Assembly (NCBI RefSeq): GCF_902499555.1
Contig: NZ_CABVMM010000009.1
Coordinates: 93,178 to 157,177 of the forward strand
Length of the DNA: 64,000 nucleotides
Direction of reading: 5' to 3'
Source: Mesonia oceanica
Lineage (GTDB): Bacteria > Bacteroidota > Bacteroidia > Flavobacteriales > Flavobacteriaceae
A program made the translations under genes and the position numbers. Shown in pieces: positions 39,255-47,817 of this stretch; position 1 is the first letter of the stretch, and each line of letters opens with the position of its first letter. Under the pieces are notes generated by a model. It had not been told where the DNA came from. It did no database searches and was given only the letters and a program-made list of their open reading frames with translations.

Positions 39255-39372
39255 AGAACTTTTAGAAAATATAATTATATGTAAACACATATAATATTTA
39301 GTTTTGTATTTTAATTATATGGAATCACATATAATTTTGTATATTTAACTGTATTTATACGTTAAAACATAT
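39255..39372 (+). promoter_or_regulatory. Three palindromic operator-like repeats TATATGT-N4/5-ACATATA(AT) upstream of hipB-like gene
   Basis: atatgtaaacacatataat; ttatatggaatcacatataa; aaaacatataATG (overlapping start codon). Confidence 0.5.
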
Positions 39373-39373
39373 A

Positions 39374-39595
39374 ATGGAATCATTAGCATCATTTGTAAAA
39401 GCACGAAGAAAAGAAGTAAACTTAACCCAAGAAGAGTTTGCAAATCGAGCAGGGGTAGCATTAACCGTTATCCGTAAGATAGAACAAAACCAAACAAATT
39501 TGAACCTGGATAAAGTAAATCAGGTGTTAAAAATGTTTGGTCATCAACTAGTACCGGTTAGTTTAAAAGATATAGAAGTTAATGAGGCAAGCTAA
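39374..39595 (+). CDS. hipB: HipB-like XRE-family HTH protein (73 aa)
   Basis: HTH_XRE motif LTQEEFANRAGVALTVIRKIEQNQTNLNLDKVNQVLKMFG; first gene of 3-gene operon with 14-nt overlap to next ORF. Confidence 0.65.
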   Translation: MESLASFVKARRKEVNLTQEEFANRAGVALTVIRKIEQNQTNLNLDKVNQVLKMFGHQLVPVSLKDIEVNEAS

Positions 39596-39914
39596 GATTT
39601 TTTACGATACTGCTTATTGTGGTAAACTAACAGAGACCAATGATGGAGAGTTCGTATTTAAATATGATGAAAATTACGTGCGTGACTATCCCAATCAATT
39701 TATCACTTTTACCATGCCTGTTCGTAAAAAAGAATATAAAGAAAAACGCCTGTTTGCCTTTTTTGAAGGTTTAATTCCTGAAGGTTGGCTATTGGATATT
39801 GCTTCCAAAAATTGGAAAGTTAATAGAAACGACCGAATGGGATTATTGTTGACTTGTTGTAAAGACTGTATAGGAGCAGTAAGTGTTCACCCCATAGCAA
39901 CTGATGATGAGTAA
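39582..39914 (+). CDS. hipS: HipS-like protein = stand-alone HipA N-terminal (couple_hipA) domain (110 aa), putative antitoxin
   Basis: FFEGLIPEGWLLDIASKNWKVNRNDRMGLLLTCCKDCIGAVSVHP matches HipA N-domain consensus (LLPEG...GxDCxGA). Confidence 0.65.
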   Translation: MRQAKIFYDTAYCGKLTETNDGEFVFKYDENYVRDYPNQFITFTMPVRKKEYKEKRLFAFFEGLIPEGWLLDIASKNWKVNRNDRMGLLLTCCKDCIGAVSVHPIATDDE

Positions 39915-40848
39915 GTGTTTATACTGTTATAAAGAGGTTTCGGGAGAAAGTGACTTTCATCAAGCTTGTAGTTTAAGGTTTTTTGGAACAAAAACTCCTC
40001 CTAAAATTGCTCATTCTATTCAAGAAATGAAGGAATTAGCTAAACAGGTTGTAGAACGTAGCATAGCTGTTCCTGGGGTGCAACCAAAAATATCGATGTC
40101 TATATTTGATAATAATAGCGATCAGAGGCTTACCGTGGTAGGGGCATTAGGAGGAAATTATATTTTTAAACCACCTTCAGAACATTTTCCTGAAATGCCT
40201 GCCAATGAACATGTCACGATGAAAATGGCTGAATTATTTAATATTTCCGTTGTCCCACATTCATTGATCAGGCTTTCTTCCGGTGAATTATCTTATATCA
40301 CCAAACGAATAGATCGTAAAGAAGATGGAAGTAAAATTCATATGATCGATATGTTTCAGGTCGTAGAAGCATTTGATAAATACCGAGGATCGATGGAACG
40401 TATAGGGAAGGCGGTTCTTGAATATGCAGAAAATACGCTATTAGATATTTTGCGTCTTTTTGAATTAACTGTTTTTAGTTATCTAACGGGAAATAACGAT
40501 ATGCACTTAAAAAACTTCTCCCTAATAAAAGCAGATTATGGATGGACGCTTTCTCCAGCTTATGATCTGCTAAATATTTCTATTGTAAATCCGGACGATC
40601 AGGAAGAACTGGCTTTAACACTTGCCGGGAAAAAGAAAAAAATAACTAGAAAATTATTAGTCGATTTTGGTCTTGGTTTAGAATTAACCCCAAAACAAAT
40701 AAACGGGGTTTTTAAAAGATTTCAAAAGTCTAAAAATAAAGCTATTGACTTAATTCATAATTCGTTTTTAAGTGAAGAAATGCAGAAGTCTTATATAAAA
40801 TTATTAGAAAATAGGTATGAAATTCTCTTGAAAGAAAATGAGTTGTAA
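39904..40848 (+). CDS. hipT: HipT-like Ser/Thr kinase = HipA C-terminal catalytic domain (314 aa), putative toxin
   Basis: VPGVQPKISMSI (HipA 'GaQpKfsl' motif), catalytic loop GNNDMHLKNFSL, SPAYDLLN motif; N-terminal CxxC...H..C extension. Confidence 0.7.
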   Translation: MMSKCLYCYKEVSGESDFHQACSLRFFGTKTPPKIAHSIQEMKELAKQVVERSIAVPGVQPKISMSIFDNNSDQRLTVVGALGGNYIFKPPSEHFPEMPANEHVTMKMAELFNISVVPHSLIRLSSGELSYITKRIDRKEDGSKIHMIDMFQVVEAFDKYRGSMERIGKAVLEYAENTLLDILRLFELTVFSYLTGNNDMHLKNFSLIKADYGWTLSPAYDLLNISIVNPDDQEELALTLAGKKKKITRKLLVDFGLGLELTPKQINGVFKRFQKSKNKAIDLIHNSFLSEEMQKSYIKLLENRYEILLKENEL

Positions 40849-40974
40849 ATCAAAATAATTTATGTTGAATAGTTCGGAGAAATTCTAGTAAGCAAATTTT
40901 ATATTGTATACGGAAGTTTTAACTAATATTTTATAGAATCTAAAGATTCTTTTTTTTGATTCTTAACGAGATGA

Positions 40975-41000
40975 AACAGGTAAGTAATCTACCTGTTTCT
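40975..41000 (+). terminator. Terminator hairpin AAACAGGTA-agtaatc-TACCTGTTT + T-rich tail after hipT
   Basis: Perfect 9-bp stem directly read; separates hipBST from the CRISPR array. Confidence 0.5.
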
Positions 41001-41038
41001 TGTTTATTGTGTTAAATGTTAGGGTAATATATCTTTAA

Positions 41039-41866
41039 GTTGTGAATACCTTTCCAACTAAAGGCTGTTACAACGGTTGCAAAACCATTGAAAAGGAGTT
41101 GCCTGTTGTGAATACCTTTCCAACTAAAGGCTGTTACAACATGGTAGGGAAACATAACAAAGACGAAAGTGTTGTGAATACCTTTCCAACTAAAGGCTGT
41201 TACAACATTCAATCAAACAATTGTATTATAAAATTAGTTGTGAATACCTTTCCAACTAAAGGCTGTTACAACCAACAATGTATGGGCGATGAATGCCGCC
41301 TTGTTGTGAATACCTTTCCAACTAAAGGCTGTTACAACCAGATCGCTAGACAAAAGATTAAAAGACGGGTTGTGAATACCTTTCCAACTAAAGGCTGTTA
41401 CAACATGGCGTTCAAGACAATTGGAGACAAATAGGTTGTGAATACCTTTCAAACTAAAGGCTGTTACAACTTGCGGGATATGGTTATGATGAGATCGCTC
41501 GTTGTGAATACCTTTCAAACTAAAGGCTGTTACAACATTACCAGATGTTTTAACCCCTGTTACTATGTTGTGAATACCTTTCCAACTAAAGGCTGTTACA
41601 ACTTGTGACGATTGTATAACAAAAGAATTCTAGTTGTGAATACCTTTCCAACTAAAGGCTGTTACAACCAATACACTCCTCACAAGGCTTTTCGGTATGT
41701 TGTGAATACCTTTCCAACTAAAGGCTGTTACAACAAAAAATTTGGTATCCCTATTGAATACGATGTTGTGAATACCTTTCCAACTAAAGGCTGTTACAAC
41801 CATCGATCTTTCTTCACAAACAAGCGACTTGTTGTGAATACCTTTCCAACTAAAGGCTGTTACAAC
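41039..41866 (-). CRISPR. Type VI-B CRISPR array: 13 repeats x 36 nt (GTTGTGAATACCTTTCCAACTAAAGGCTGTTACAAC on +; transcribed form likely GTTGTAACAGCCTTTAGTTGGAAAGGTATTCACAAC), 12 spacers x 30 nt
   Basis: Repeats at 41039,41105,41171,41237,41303,41369,41435,41501,41567,41633,41699,41765,41831 (each +35); repeats 7 and 8 carry the same C->A change (TTTCAAACT); 36/30 nt geometry is diagnostic of Cas13b arrays; minus-strand orientation inferred from similarity of the reverse-complement to the published B. zoohelcum DR. Confidence 0.95.
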
Positions 41867-41961
41867 CTATTTTATATAAGGTATTGTTAATTAATGTGTT
41901 TATTGAAAAACCTTCAGATAAAATGATGTCAAAGAGCTTTACAAAGCTAAAATCATAATGC

Positions 41962-44900
41962 TTATTTAAATTCTAGTATGGTTTGATTTGTATATTCTAG
42001 GAATAATTCATTAAAATTAATAGACACTGCATTAGGCACATTTTTATAAATTTCATCGTAATAAATTTTTCTTGGTAATTGATTATGTGAAAACTTATTA
42101 CGTATCATTACTAATAAAAAAGCTTTTTCCATAATTTTTGATTGTTTTTTCAACTCATCTATAGGAGTAGTATCAAAATCTTTTTTGGAAATTAGCCATT
42201 TTGCGTCTTCTTCAGAAACTAATTCTAAGCTTTTAAGGAATGTGGTCAAATATTTATTAAAATTAGGATGTTCATTAGTATCAATTAATGTGGGTAATTT
42301 CTTGATCATATATTTTTCAAATTCCTGAATACTTTTTAGTAAATAATCTCTTCGTATTACCTCATAAGAATTTGCTTTTAGTTCTAAAACTTCTTCTAAC
42401 TCTGTTTTATTCCAAATCTTCTGAGGTTTATATTCAAAAAGGGTTTGTACTTTTTGACTAGCAATAAATTTTTTGAATTTTCCAAGTTCTTTTAGTTTAA
42501 CTTGGGGTTCGTAGATATTTTTACTGCAATAAGGTACCGTTAATGTCCATGCAGAAGTAGATTTAATGATGTTTGCTGAATTATCACCAGTAGTTTTATG
42601 GCTTTGGATTAAGGCAGCCTCGATTTCTGCTTTACGTTCTGTTTGTGTTTTATAAATATCACTGAGATTTAAATCTAAATGTTCAGCATCCTCAGGTAGG
42701 TATAATTCATTAAAAATAATACTGGCCATTTTAGCTAGTAATACATCTTGTTGTTTTACTTTGTTGATTTTAGATCCTTGAACTCTAATAAATCGCTTTT
42801 CTGTTTTTTCCTGTTCACCTGATAAATAAGCCGATTTATAATCTCGATCCCAACTATAGAATTTTTGATAATCAGTATGTTGGTTCCAGGCAACATACCA
42901 GTCGGCAAAACATTCCGGATTTTCCTGTATACTTTTACCTTTGATATAAGTAGGTTTGTGATCAAAAACACCTTTTGGAAACTGCATGGGCTTAACCAAT
43001 AGTTTTTCTACCTGTTCTTCTATAGTATCAATAACATACAGTCGCTTATGAAATAAATTCCATAGATGTTGTTGTTTTATGAATTTATCTAAAATCTTTT
43101 TGTTTGATCTAATTCCATTCAACTGATCTTTGAATCTTTGGAAGGTTTCTTTTCTGTTGTTTAAATAAGAGGTATAGAATGAAATAAAATCTCGCTTATC
43201 AAATGATCTTCTAATCCCATTGTTCCATAGATAAGCTTCGTTCTTAAAATCCCAAACCTCTTCGAGCAAGCTTAAGGGCTCTTTAGGTTGAATATCATAG
43301 AAAGCCAAAGATTTTTGCAATTGGCTATGATGCTGTCCTCGCCAATTTTGCCTACTTCCTTTTGGCATAAAACGCTTTAAATCATTAGCTAGCCAGGTAA
43401 CTTGTAGCCCTATTTCTTTATTGGTAAAAACATATTTTCGCTTTTGTTTGGGATCGTTTCGTTCTTTAATATGTAGAGCTATGGTTTGTAGTTTGTCATT
43501 GGTAACCGCTATTTCTTTTTCTATTGCGAGTTGAAGTTTGTCCAGATTTACTTCCTTTTTTTGTTTAGCTTTTAGAAGGTTTTTGGTAATCTGTCCTTTA
43601 GAAATATCGTCACCAGCTTTATAGTTGGTCAGTACATTATAGCGTTCTGCAATCTTTTGAGCTATTATTATTTCAATTTCTTCTGGAGTCTTTTTAGTTA
43701 AAACTAGGTGTAATAACGCAGGTAACTCATTTAAAGACAGCATTGCAACTGGAGCCAGTTTTTCAGGTTTACCCAAATCCTGTAAAATAGCATCCGGTTT
43801 TATTTTATTATCGGTTCTAACTTTATATTCTTCTGGATGATCCGATTTGTAACTAGAGTTTCGTTTTTTTAAACGACCTGCCACAATTTTCACCTCTTTA
43901 GGAAAAAAGTGTTCATTTAAATTGAGATGAATAGGAATGTTGTTTCCTACGAAATTGTAAGATGGATTAGGATATAGTTGTAGTCCTATGCTTTGGTGAT
44001 TTTCTTTTTCTTCAAAATATTTTTGTTTTAATTGAGCAGCCTCGCTAAGTTTTGCGAATGCTTTAATTTTTTCTTTTACGATTCTCTCAGTTACATATTT
44101 TGTGCCTTCAATAGGCTTTTCCCTTTTATCGTGTACATAATTTCCTAAATGAAGTTGAAACCGTAGGGTTGGAAAATCTACAAATTCATCTAAAAATCGT
44201 AATGCAAAATATGCGAATTTATTTTCATAGCGCTTACGGATTACAGGATGAATAACGGTGGCTTTATCTAAACTTTCTGAATTTTCTTCTTTAAGATATT
44301 CATTCATATCTTCTAGAAATTCATTCTTTAATTCTTCAGGAAGTACCTGGTAAAGCTCATCTGGGACTTTGCTTAATTCATCTACAATTTGCGCAAGTAG
44401 TGTGTCTTTTGTGAACGTAGTCGTAAATCTGTTTTTTAAACCTTTAAAACCTAAATAGCCAAACACCCAGTGGGTAGCCATATATTTTAAGCTATTATTT
44501 TTCTTATTTATAGGATTTTCTGGGTTAACAATCAGTTTTGCTTTAAAACCTTTTACCCGGCTTCTTAGATCTTCACTTTGCTTTTTGGTAAGGAAAAGTC
44601 CAAGAAGAAAAATAATCCCACTTTCAGATATGGTTACACCATTTTCAGTATCGATATCTTCAGTAGGGACAGCACTATAATATTTGCTTATAGTGTTTTC
44701 TTTAGGAAGAAGATGGGAAAAACTGTCATTCAAAATAGCGTTGGTGATAGCCTCTTTATCATTTAAATTAACTTTTTTTCCTTCTCTTTTTAACTTTTTA
44801 AGGTCTTCTAATTTTAATTTTTCTAATTGTGCTAATTCTTCAATCAACCCTTTTTTTAGCAATTGTTTGGAAGCATCAGTTTTCATTCGATGTTTTTTAA

Positions 44901-45366
44901 CATCATTAGCTACTGCTAAAAAAAGATCGTCTAATAATTTATAAGTTTCAGGAAATACAGGGATAGGTTTGTGGAAATGATGCGTGTAGAAATTACGATA
45001 ATCTCTGATTAAATTTTTGAGTACCTTGAGAGAATTCTTAAAGTAATTTCTTTGTTCAGAAATTAATTGGTTTTTAGGTACATTTTCGAACCTTTTATGG
45101 GATGTAGGTAAGTATAAATATCGAATAACAGGTAAATTTTTTTGTAGAAATTCGACACCTAATTGATATTCTGCTATAGCCTTGTCTTGAGTGAAAAAAT
45201 CTAATATACAAGACTTTGGTTTCATCCCAAACTTTTCTTTAAAAGCCTTGGAAAGATCGTTAATGTTATTTTGAGCTAAGTTAAAATATCCTCCAAAATA
45301 ATGTTTATCTTCTATACTGGCATAATTATACTCTAAGCGTTTTGCTAAATAATCGGTTTCATTCAT
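41962..45366 (-). CDS. cas13b: Cas13b (C2c6) RNA-guided RNase, type VI-B effector, 1134 aa
   Basis: HEPN1 RNFYTH at aa 124-129 (nt 44997..44980) and HEPN2 RNKFSH at aa 1089-1094 (nt 42102..42085); long stretches near-identical to B. zoohelcum Cas13b (e.g. HPVIRKRYENKFAYFALRFLDEFVDFPTLRFQLHLGNYVHD; GIIFLLGLFLTKKQ); adjacent 36/30 array. Confidence 0.95.
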   Translation of the reverse strand: MNETDYLAKRLEYNYASIEDKHYFGGYFNLAQNNINDLSKAFKEKFGMKPKSCILDFFTQDKAIAEYQLGVEFLQKNLPVIRYLYLPTSHKRFENVPKNQLISEQRNYFKNSLKVLKNLIRDYRNFYTHHFHKPIPVFPETYKLLDDLFLAVANDVKKHRMKTDASKQLLKKGLIEELAQLEKLKLEDLKKLKREGKKVNLNDKEAITNAILNDSFSHLLPKENTISKYYSAVPTEDIDTENGVTISESGIIFLLGLFLTKKQSEDLRSRVKGFKAKLIVNPENPINKKNNSLKYMATHWVFGYLGFKGLKNRFTTTFTKDTLLAQIVDELSKVPDELYQVLPEELKNEFLEDMNEYLKEENSESLDKATVIHPVIRKRYENKFAYFALRFLDEFVDFPTLRFQLHLGNYVHDKREKPIEGTKYVTERIVKEKIKAFAKLSEAAQLKQKYFEEKENHQSIGLQLYPNPSYNFVGNNIPIHLNLNEHFFPKEVKIVAGRLKKRNSSYKSDHPEEYKVRTDNKIKPDAILQDLGKPEKLAPVAMLSLNELPALLHLVLTKKTPEEIEIIIAQKIAERYNVLTNYKAGDDISKGQITKNLLKAKQKKEVNLDKLQLAIEKEIAVTNDKLQTIALHIKERNDPKQKRKYVFTNKEIGLQVTWLANDLKRFMPKGSRQNWRGQHHSQLQKSLAFYDIQPKEPLSLLEEVWDFKNEAYLWNNGIRRSFDKRDFISFYTSYLNNRKETFQRFKDQLNGIRSNKKILDKFIKQQHLWNLFHKRLYVIDTIEEQVEKLLVKPMQFPKGVFDHKPTYIKGKSIQENPECFADWYVAWNQHTDYQKFYSWDRDYKSAYLSGEQEKTEKRFIRVQGSKINKVKQQDVLLAKMASIIFNELYLPEDAEHLDLNLSDIYKTQTERKAEIEAALIQSHKTTGDNSANIIKSTSAWTLTVPYCSKNIYEPQVKLKELGKFKKFIASQKVQTLFEYKPQKIWNKTELEEVLELKANSYEVIRRDYLLKSIQEFEKYMIKKLPTLIDTNEHPNFNKYLTTFLKSLELVSEEDAKWLISKKDFDTTPIDELKKQSKIMEKAFLLVMIRNKFSHNQLPRKIYYDEIYKNVPNAVSINFNELFLEYTNQTILEFK

Positions 45367-45837
45367 GCTATTTTAAAAAAAAATGAAAAGGTAAGATACA
45401 CAATAGATGTTTTTAGTTCAATTAATTTTAATCAGAAAATTAAAGAATTTATTTTTTATTTTAATCTTGACCTTATATGATTCAATTTATCATCCTGATT
45501 GTTATAGCTCAATAATTTATTATTCCCTTTAGTGTAAATTTCTATTGATGTCTGAACCTTTTTTTCTGACACCTTGGTTGTCTATAAATGAAATTCCTCA
45601 ACCAATTTTAGTTTGAATTTTATTCTTTTTAAGGTTAAAAACTAAATCATCAATAGAGTCAGAAATGTCTATAGCTTTGTAAATTTCTTCTTTCATATTG
45701 ATGCTTCGATAGGCTTTAGAAATAAATGCCTTTTGTGCTTTCAAGCTTTCTTTTTACTTCTCGTAGATTATATTTTTTCTCAATAAGACCTAAAAATACA
45801 TACTGTCAATTCAAGTGTTTGTCACCTATAAAAAATA

Positions 45838-45865
45838 AACCCCGTAAACACAGGGCTTACGGGGT
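45838..45865 (-). terminator. Terminator hairpin (ccccgtaa..ttacgggg) + T-run downstream of tmRNA on minus strand
   Basis: ccccgtaaacacagggcttacgggg with ttttttat following on minus strand. Confidence 0.6.
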
Positions 45866-45881
45866 TGTAGAGTGGAGTCGG

Positions 45882-46268
45882 GGAGATTCGAACTCCCGTC
45901 CAAACAAGCAATTCAATAGCTTTCTACACGCTTATTTTTCACTTCAATTTTCGAGAAAGATCTGGCAGAAAACCTCCCAATCTTTCCTTAACCTTTAAGA
46001 TTTCAATAGCCCTTAAAGGTATCGAGCTACCTAGATTTACTTTATCGGTGCCTCTAGTTGGAACGCCATAAATCAAGGCTTTCCAGAGACATCTTAGCCC
46101 TATGCCTTGCATAGGTTAAGGTAATCTTACTTTAGTTCAGATTACGCAGCTAAGGCGTAATTATTTTCGCCGTTTAAAAAAGTTTGAAATATGAGATTTA
46201 CGAGCTGTATCCCAGCGCTCGACGTGCTTACTACTCAATTAGACTCGCTGTCAAAACCAGTCGACCCC
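45882..46268 (-). ncRNA. ssrA: tmRNA (SsrA), tag peptide (G)ENNYALAA
   Basis: 5' GGGGTCGACTGGTTTTGACAG...; internal ORF GGC GAA AAT AAT TAC GCC TTA GCT GCG TAA (46172..46143) = GENNYALAA*; 3' end GGACGGGAGTTCGAATCTCCCCGACTCCAC matches canonical tmRNA T-arm/acceptor. Confidence 0.9.
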
Positions 46269-46561
46269 AGTTGGTATCCTTATTTAATAGCAAAATTTAC
46301 GTCTTTTGGGCGTTCCGCTTGCCTTTTCCGGCAATTGGCGGGCTATCCACTAGATCTTTTTATTTGTTCATTTCGAGCGAAGTCGACAAACAAAATAAAA
46401 AAGATAAATTTATCCTGAGCATAGCCGAAGGGCTGTTATCCCTAACGCAAAAATAATATGTAAAAGAACGATTAACTTTTAAAGTAAGGCTGGCAAAGAT
46501 ACAATAAAATCATATATTTACCCAACAACAATTAAATTGCAAAGCCTGTGCCAAGCTAACC

Positions 46562-47800
46562 TTGTCAGGCTTACTTCAATATAAATTAAAATTTATGAAA
46601 ATAGGAATTATTAGAGAGCGAAAAACACCACCCGATAGAAGAGTTGTTTTTTCACCTGATAAACTTAAAGAACTTCAAGAAAAATTTCCACAGACCCAAT
46701 TAAAAGTAGAAAGTTCATCTATTCGGGTTTTCCCGGATGCTGCTTATCAAGAACACCAGATAGAAGTGGCAGAAGACTTATCTGATTGCGATGTGCTTTT
46801 AGGCGTTAAAGAAGTTCCTATAGAAGCCTTAATTCCCAATAAAAAATATTTTTTCTTTTCACATACCATCAAAAAGCAGCCTTACAATCGGGATTTATTA
46901 CAAGCTATTTTAGAAAAGAACATAGAACTTTACGATCACGAAACCATTACCGATCATAAAGGAAACCGTCTCATTGGTTTTGGTCGTTATGCCGGAATTG
47001 TAGGAGCTTACAATGGTTTTCGTGCTTTTGGAATTCGGGAAAATGCTTTTCAGCTTGAAAAAGTAGAAAACCTCTCAGATTATAAAGCTGTACAACAAGA
47101 ACTAAAGAAGGTACAACTTCCCAACTTAAAAATTCTACTTACCGGAGGAGGGAAAGTGGCTAATGGCGCTCGGGAAATTCTCGAACACCTTCATTTAAAA
47201 GAAGTCAATGTTCAAGATTATTTGGTGAATGATTTTGAAGAGCCGGTGTTCTGCCAAATCGACGTGATGGATTACAATAAACGAAAAGATGGCAAAAACT
47301 TAGACCGCTACGATTTTTATAACAACCCCGATGAATACGAATCAGATTTTATGCGTTTTGCGAAAGTGAGTGATGTATTTATCGCCGGGCATTTTTATGG
47401 CGATGGAGCTCCGTTTTTGTTTAGCCGGGAAGATGCCAAACACCCTGATTTTAAAATTAAGTTGGTCGCCGATGTAAGTTGCGATATTGATGGTCCGGTG
47501 GCGAGTACATTAAGACCTTCTACGATTGCCGATCCGTTTTATGGTTACCATCCTGAGACAGAAAAAGAAGTCGAGTTTAACCATCCCGAAGCGATTACGG
47601 TCATGGCAGTCGATAATTTACCTTGCGAATTACCCAAAGATGCAAGTGAAGGTTTTGGAGAAATGTTTTTAGAAAATGTGATTCCTGCCTTTTTTAATGA
47701 AGACATAGATGGAATTTTAGAACGTGCCCAGATGACTTTTCAAGGAAAGTTAACGCCACGTTTCGCTTATTTACAAGATTTTGTAGACGGTAAAGAATAA
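46562..47800 (+). CDS. AlaDH/PNT-family NAD-dependent dehydrogenase (saccharopine dehydrogenase-like); probable true start 46595
   Basis: 412 aa; MKIGIIRERK... N-terminal AlaDh_PNT_N-like pattern and central Rossmann GGGKVANGA. Confidence 0.5.
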   Translation: MSGLLQYKLKFMKIGIIRERKTPPDRRVVFSPDKLKELQEKFPQTQLKVESSSIRVFPDAAYQEHQIEVAEDLSDCDVLLGVKEVPIEALIPNKKYFFFSHTIKKQPYNRDLLQAILEKNIELYDHETITDHKGNRLIGFGRYAGIVGAYNGFRAFGIRENAFQLEKVENLSDYKAVQQELKKVQLPNLKILLTGGGKVANGAREILEHLHLKEVNVQDYLVNDFEEPVFCQIDVMDYNKRKDGKNLDRYDFYNNPDEYESDFMRFAKVSDVFIAGHFYGDGAPFLFSREDAKHPDFKIKLVADVSCDIDGPVASTLRPSTIADPFYGYHPETEKEVEFNHPEAITVMAVDNLPCELPKDASEGFGEMFLENVIPAFFNEDIDGILERAQMTFQGKLTPRFAYLQDFVDGKE

Positions 47801-47817
47801 TAAAAACGAATAATCAC

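Noticed and set aside
41012-41890. Four ORF-track proteins (41012..41212, 41042..41434, 41234..41518, 41612..41890) with repetitive VVNTFPTKGCYN / VVTAFSWKGIHN peptides
   Set aside because: They are translations of the CRISPR direct repeats in different frames/strands, not genes.
45726-46456. ORFs 45726..45998, 46184..46456 and 46191..46418 on the + strand
   Set aside because: They overlap the minus-strand tmRNA gene and its terminator; the tmRNA assignment (tag ORF, T-arm, acceptor end) explains the region.
38228-46560. Search for csx27/csx28, cas1/cas2 or an integrase flanking cas13b, and for a direct repeat of the ssrA 3' end marking an island boundary
   Set aside because: No ORF with multi-TM Csx27-like or HEPN Csx28-like character, no cas1/cas2, no intact integrase, and no copy of gagtggagtcggggagattcgaactc found by eye; only short decayed frames in 45367-45880.
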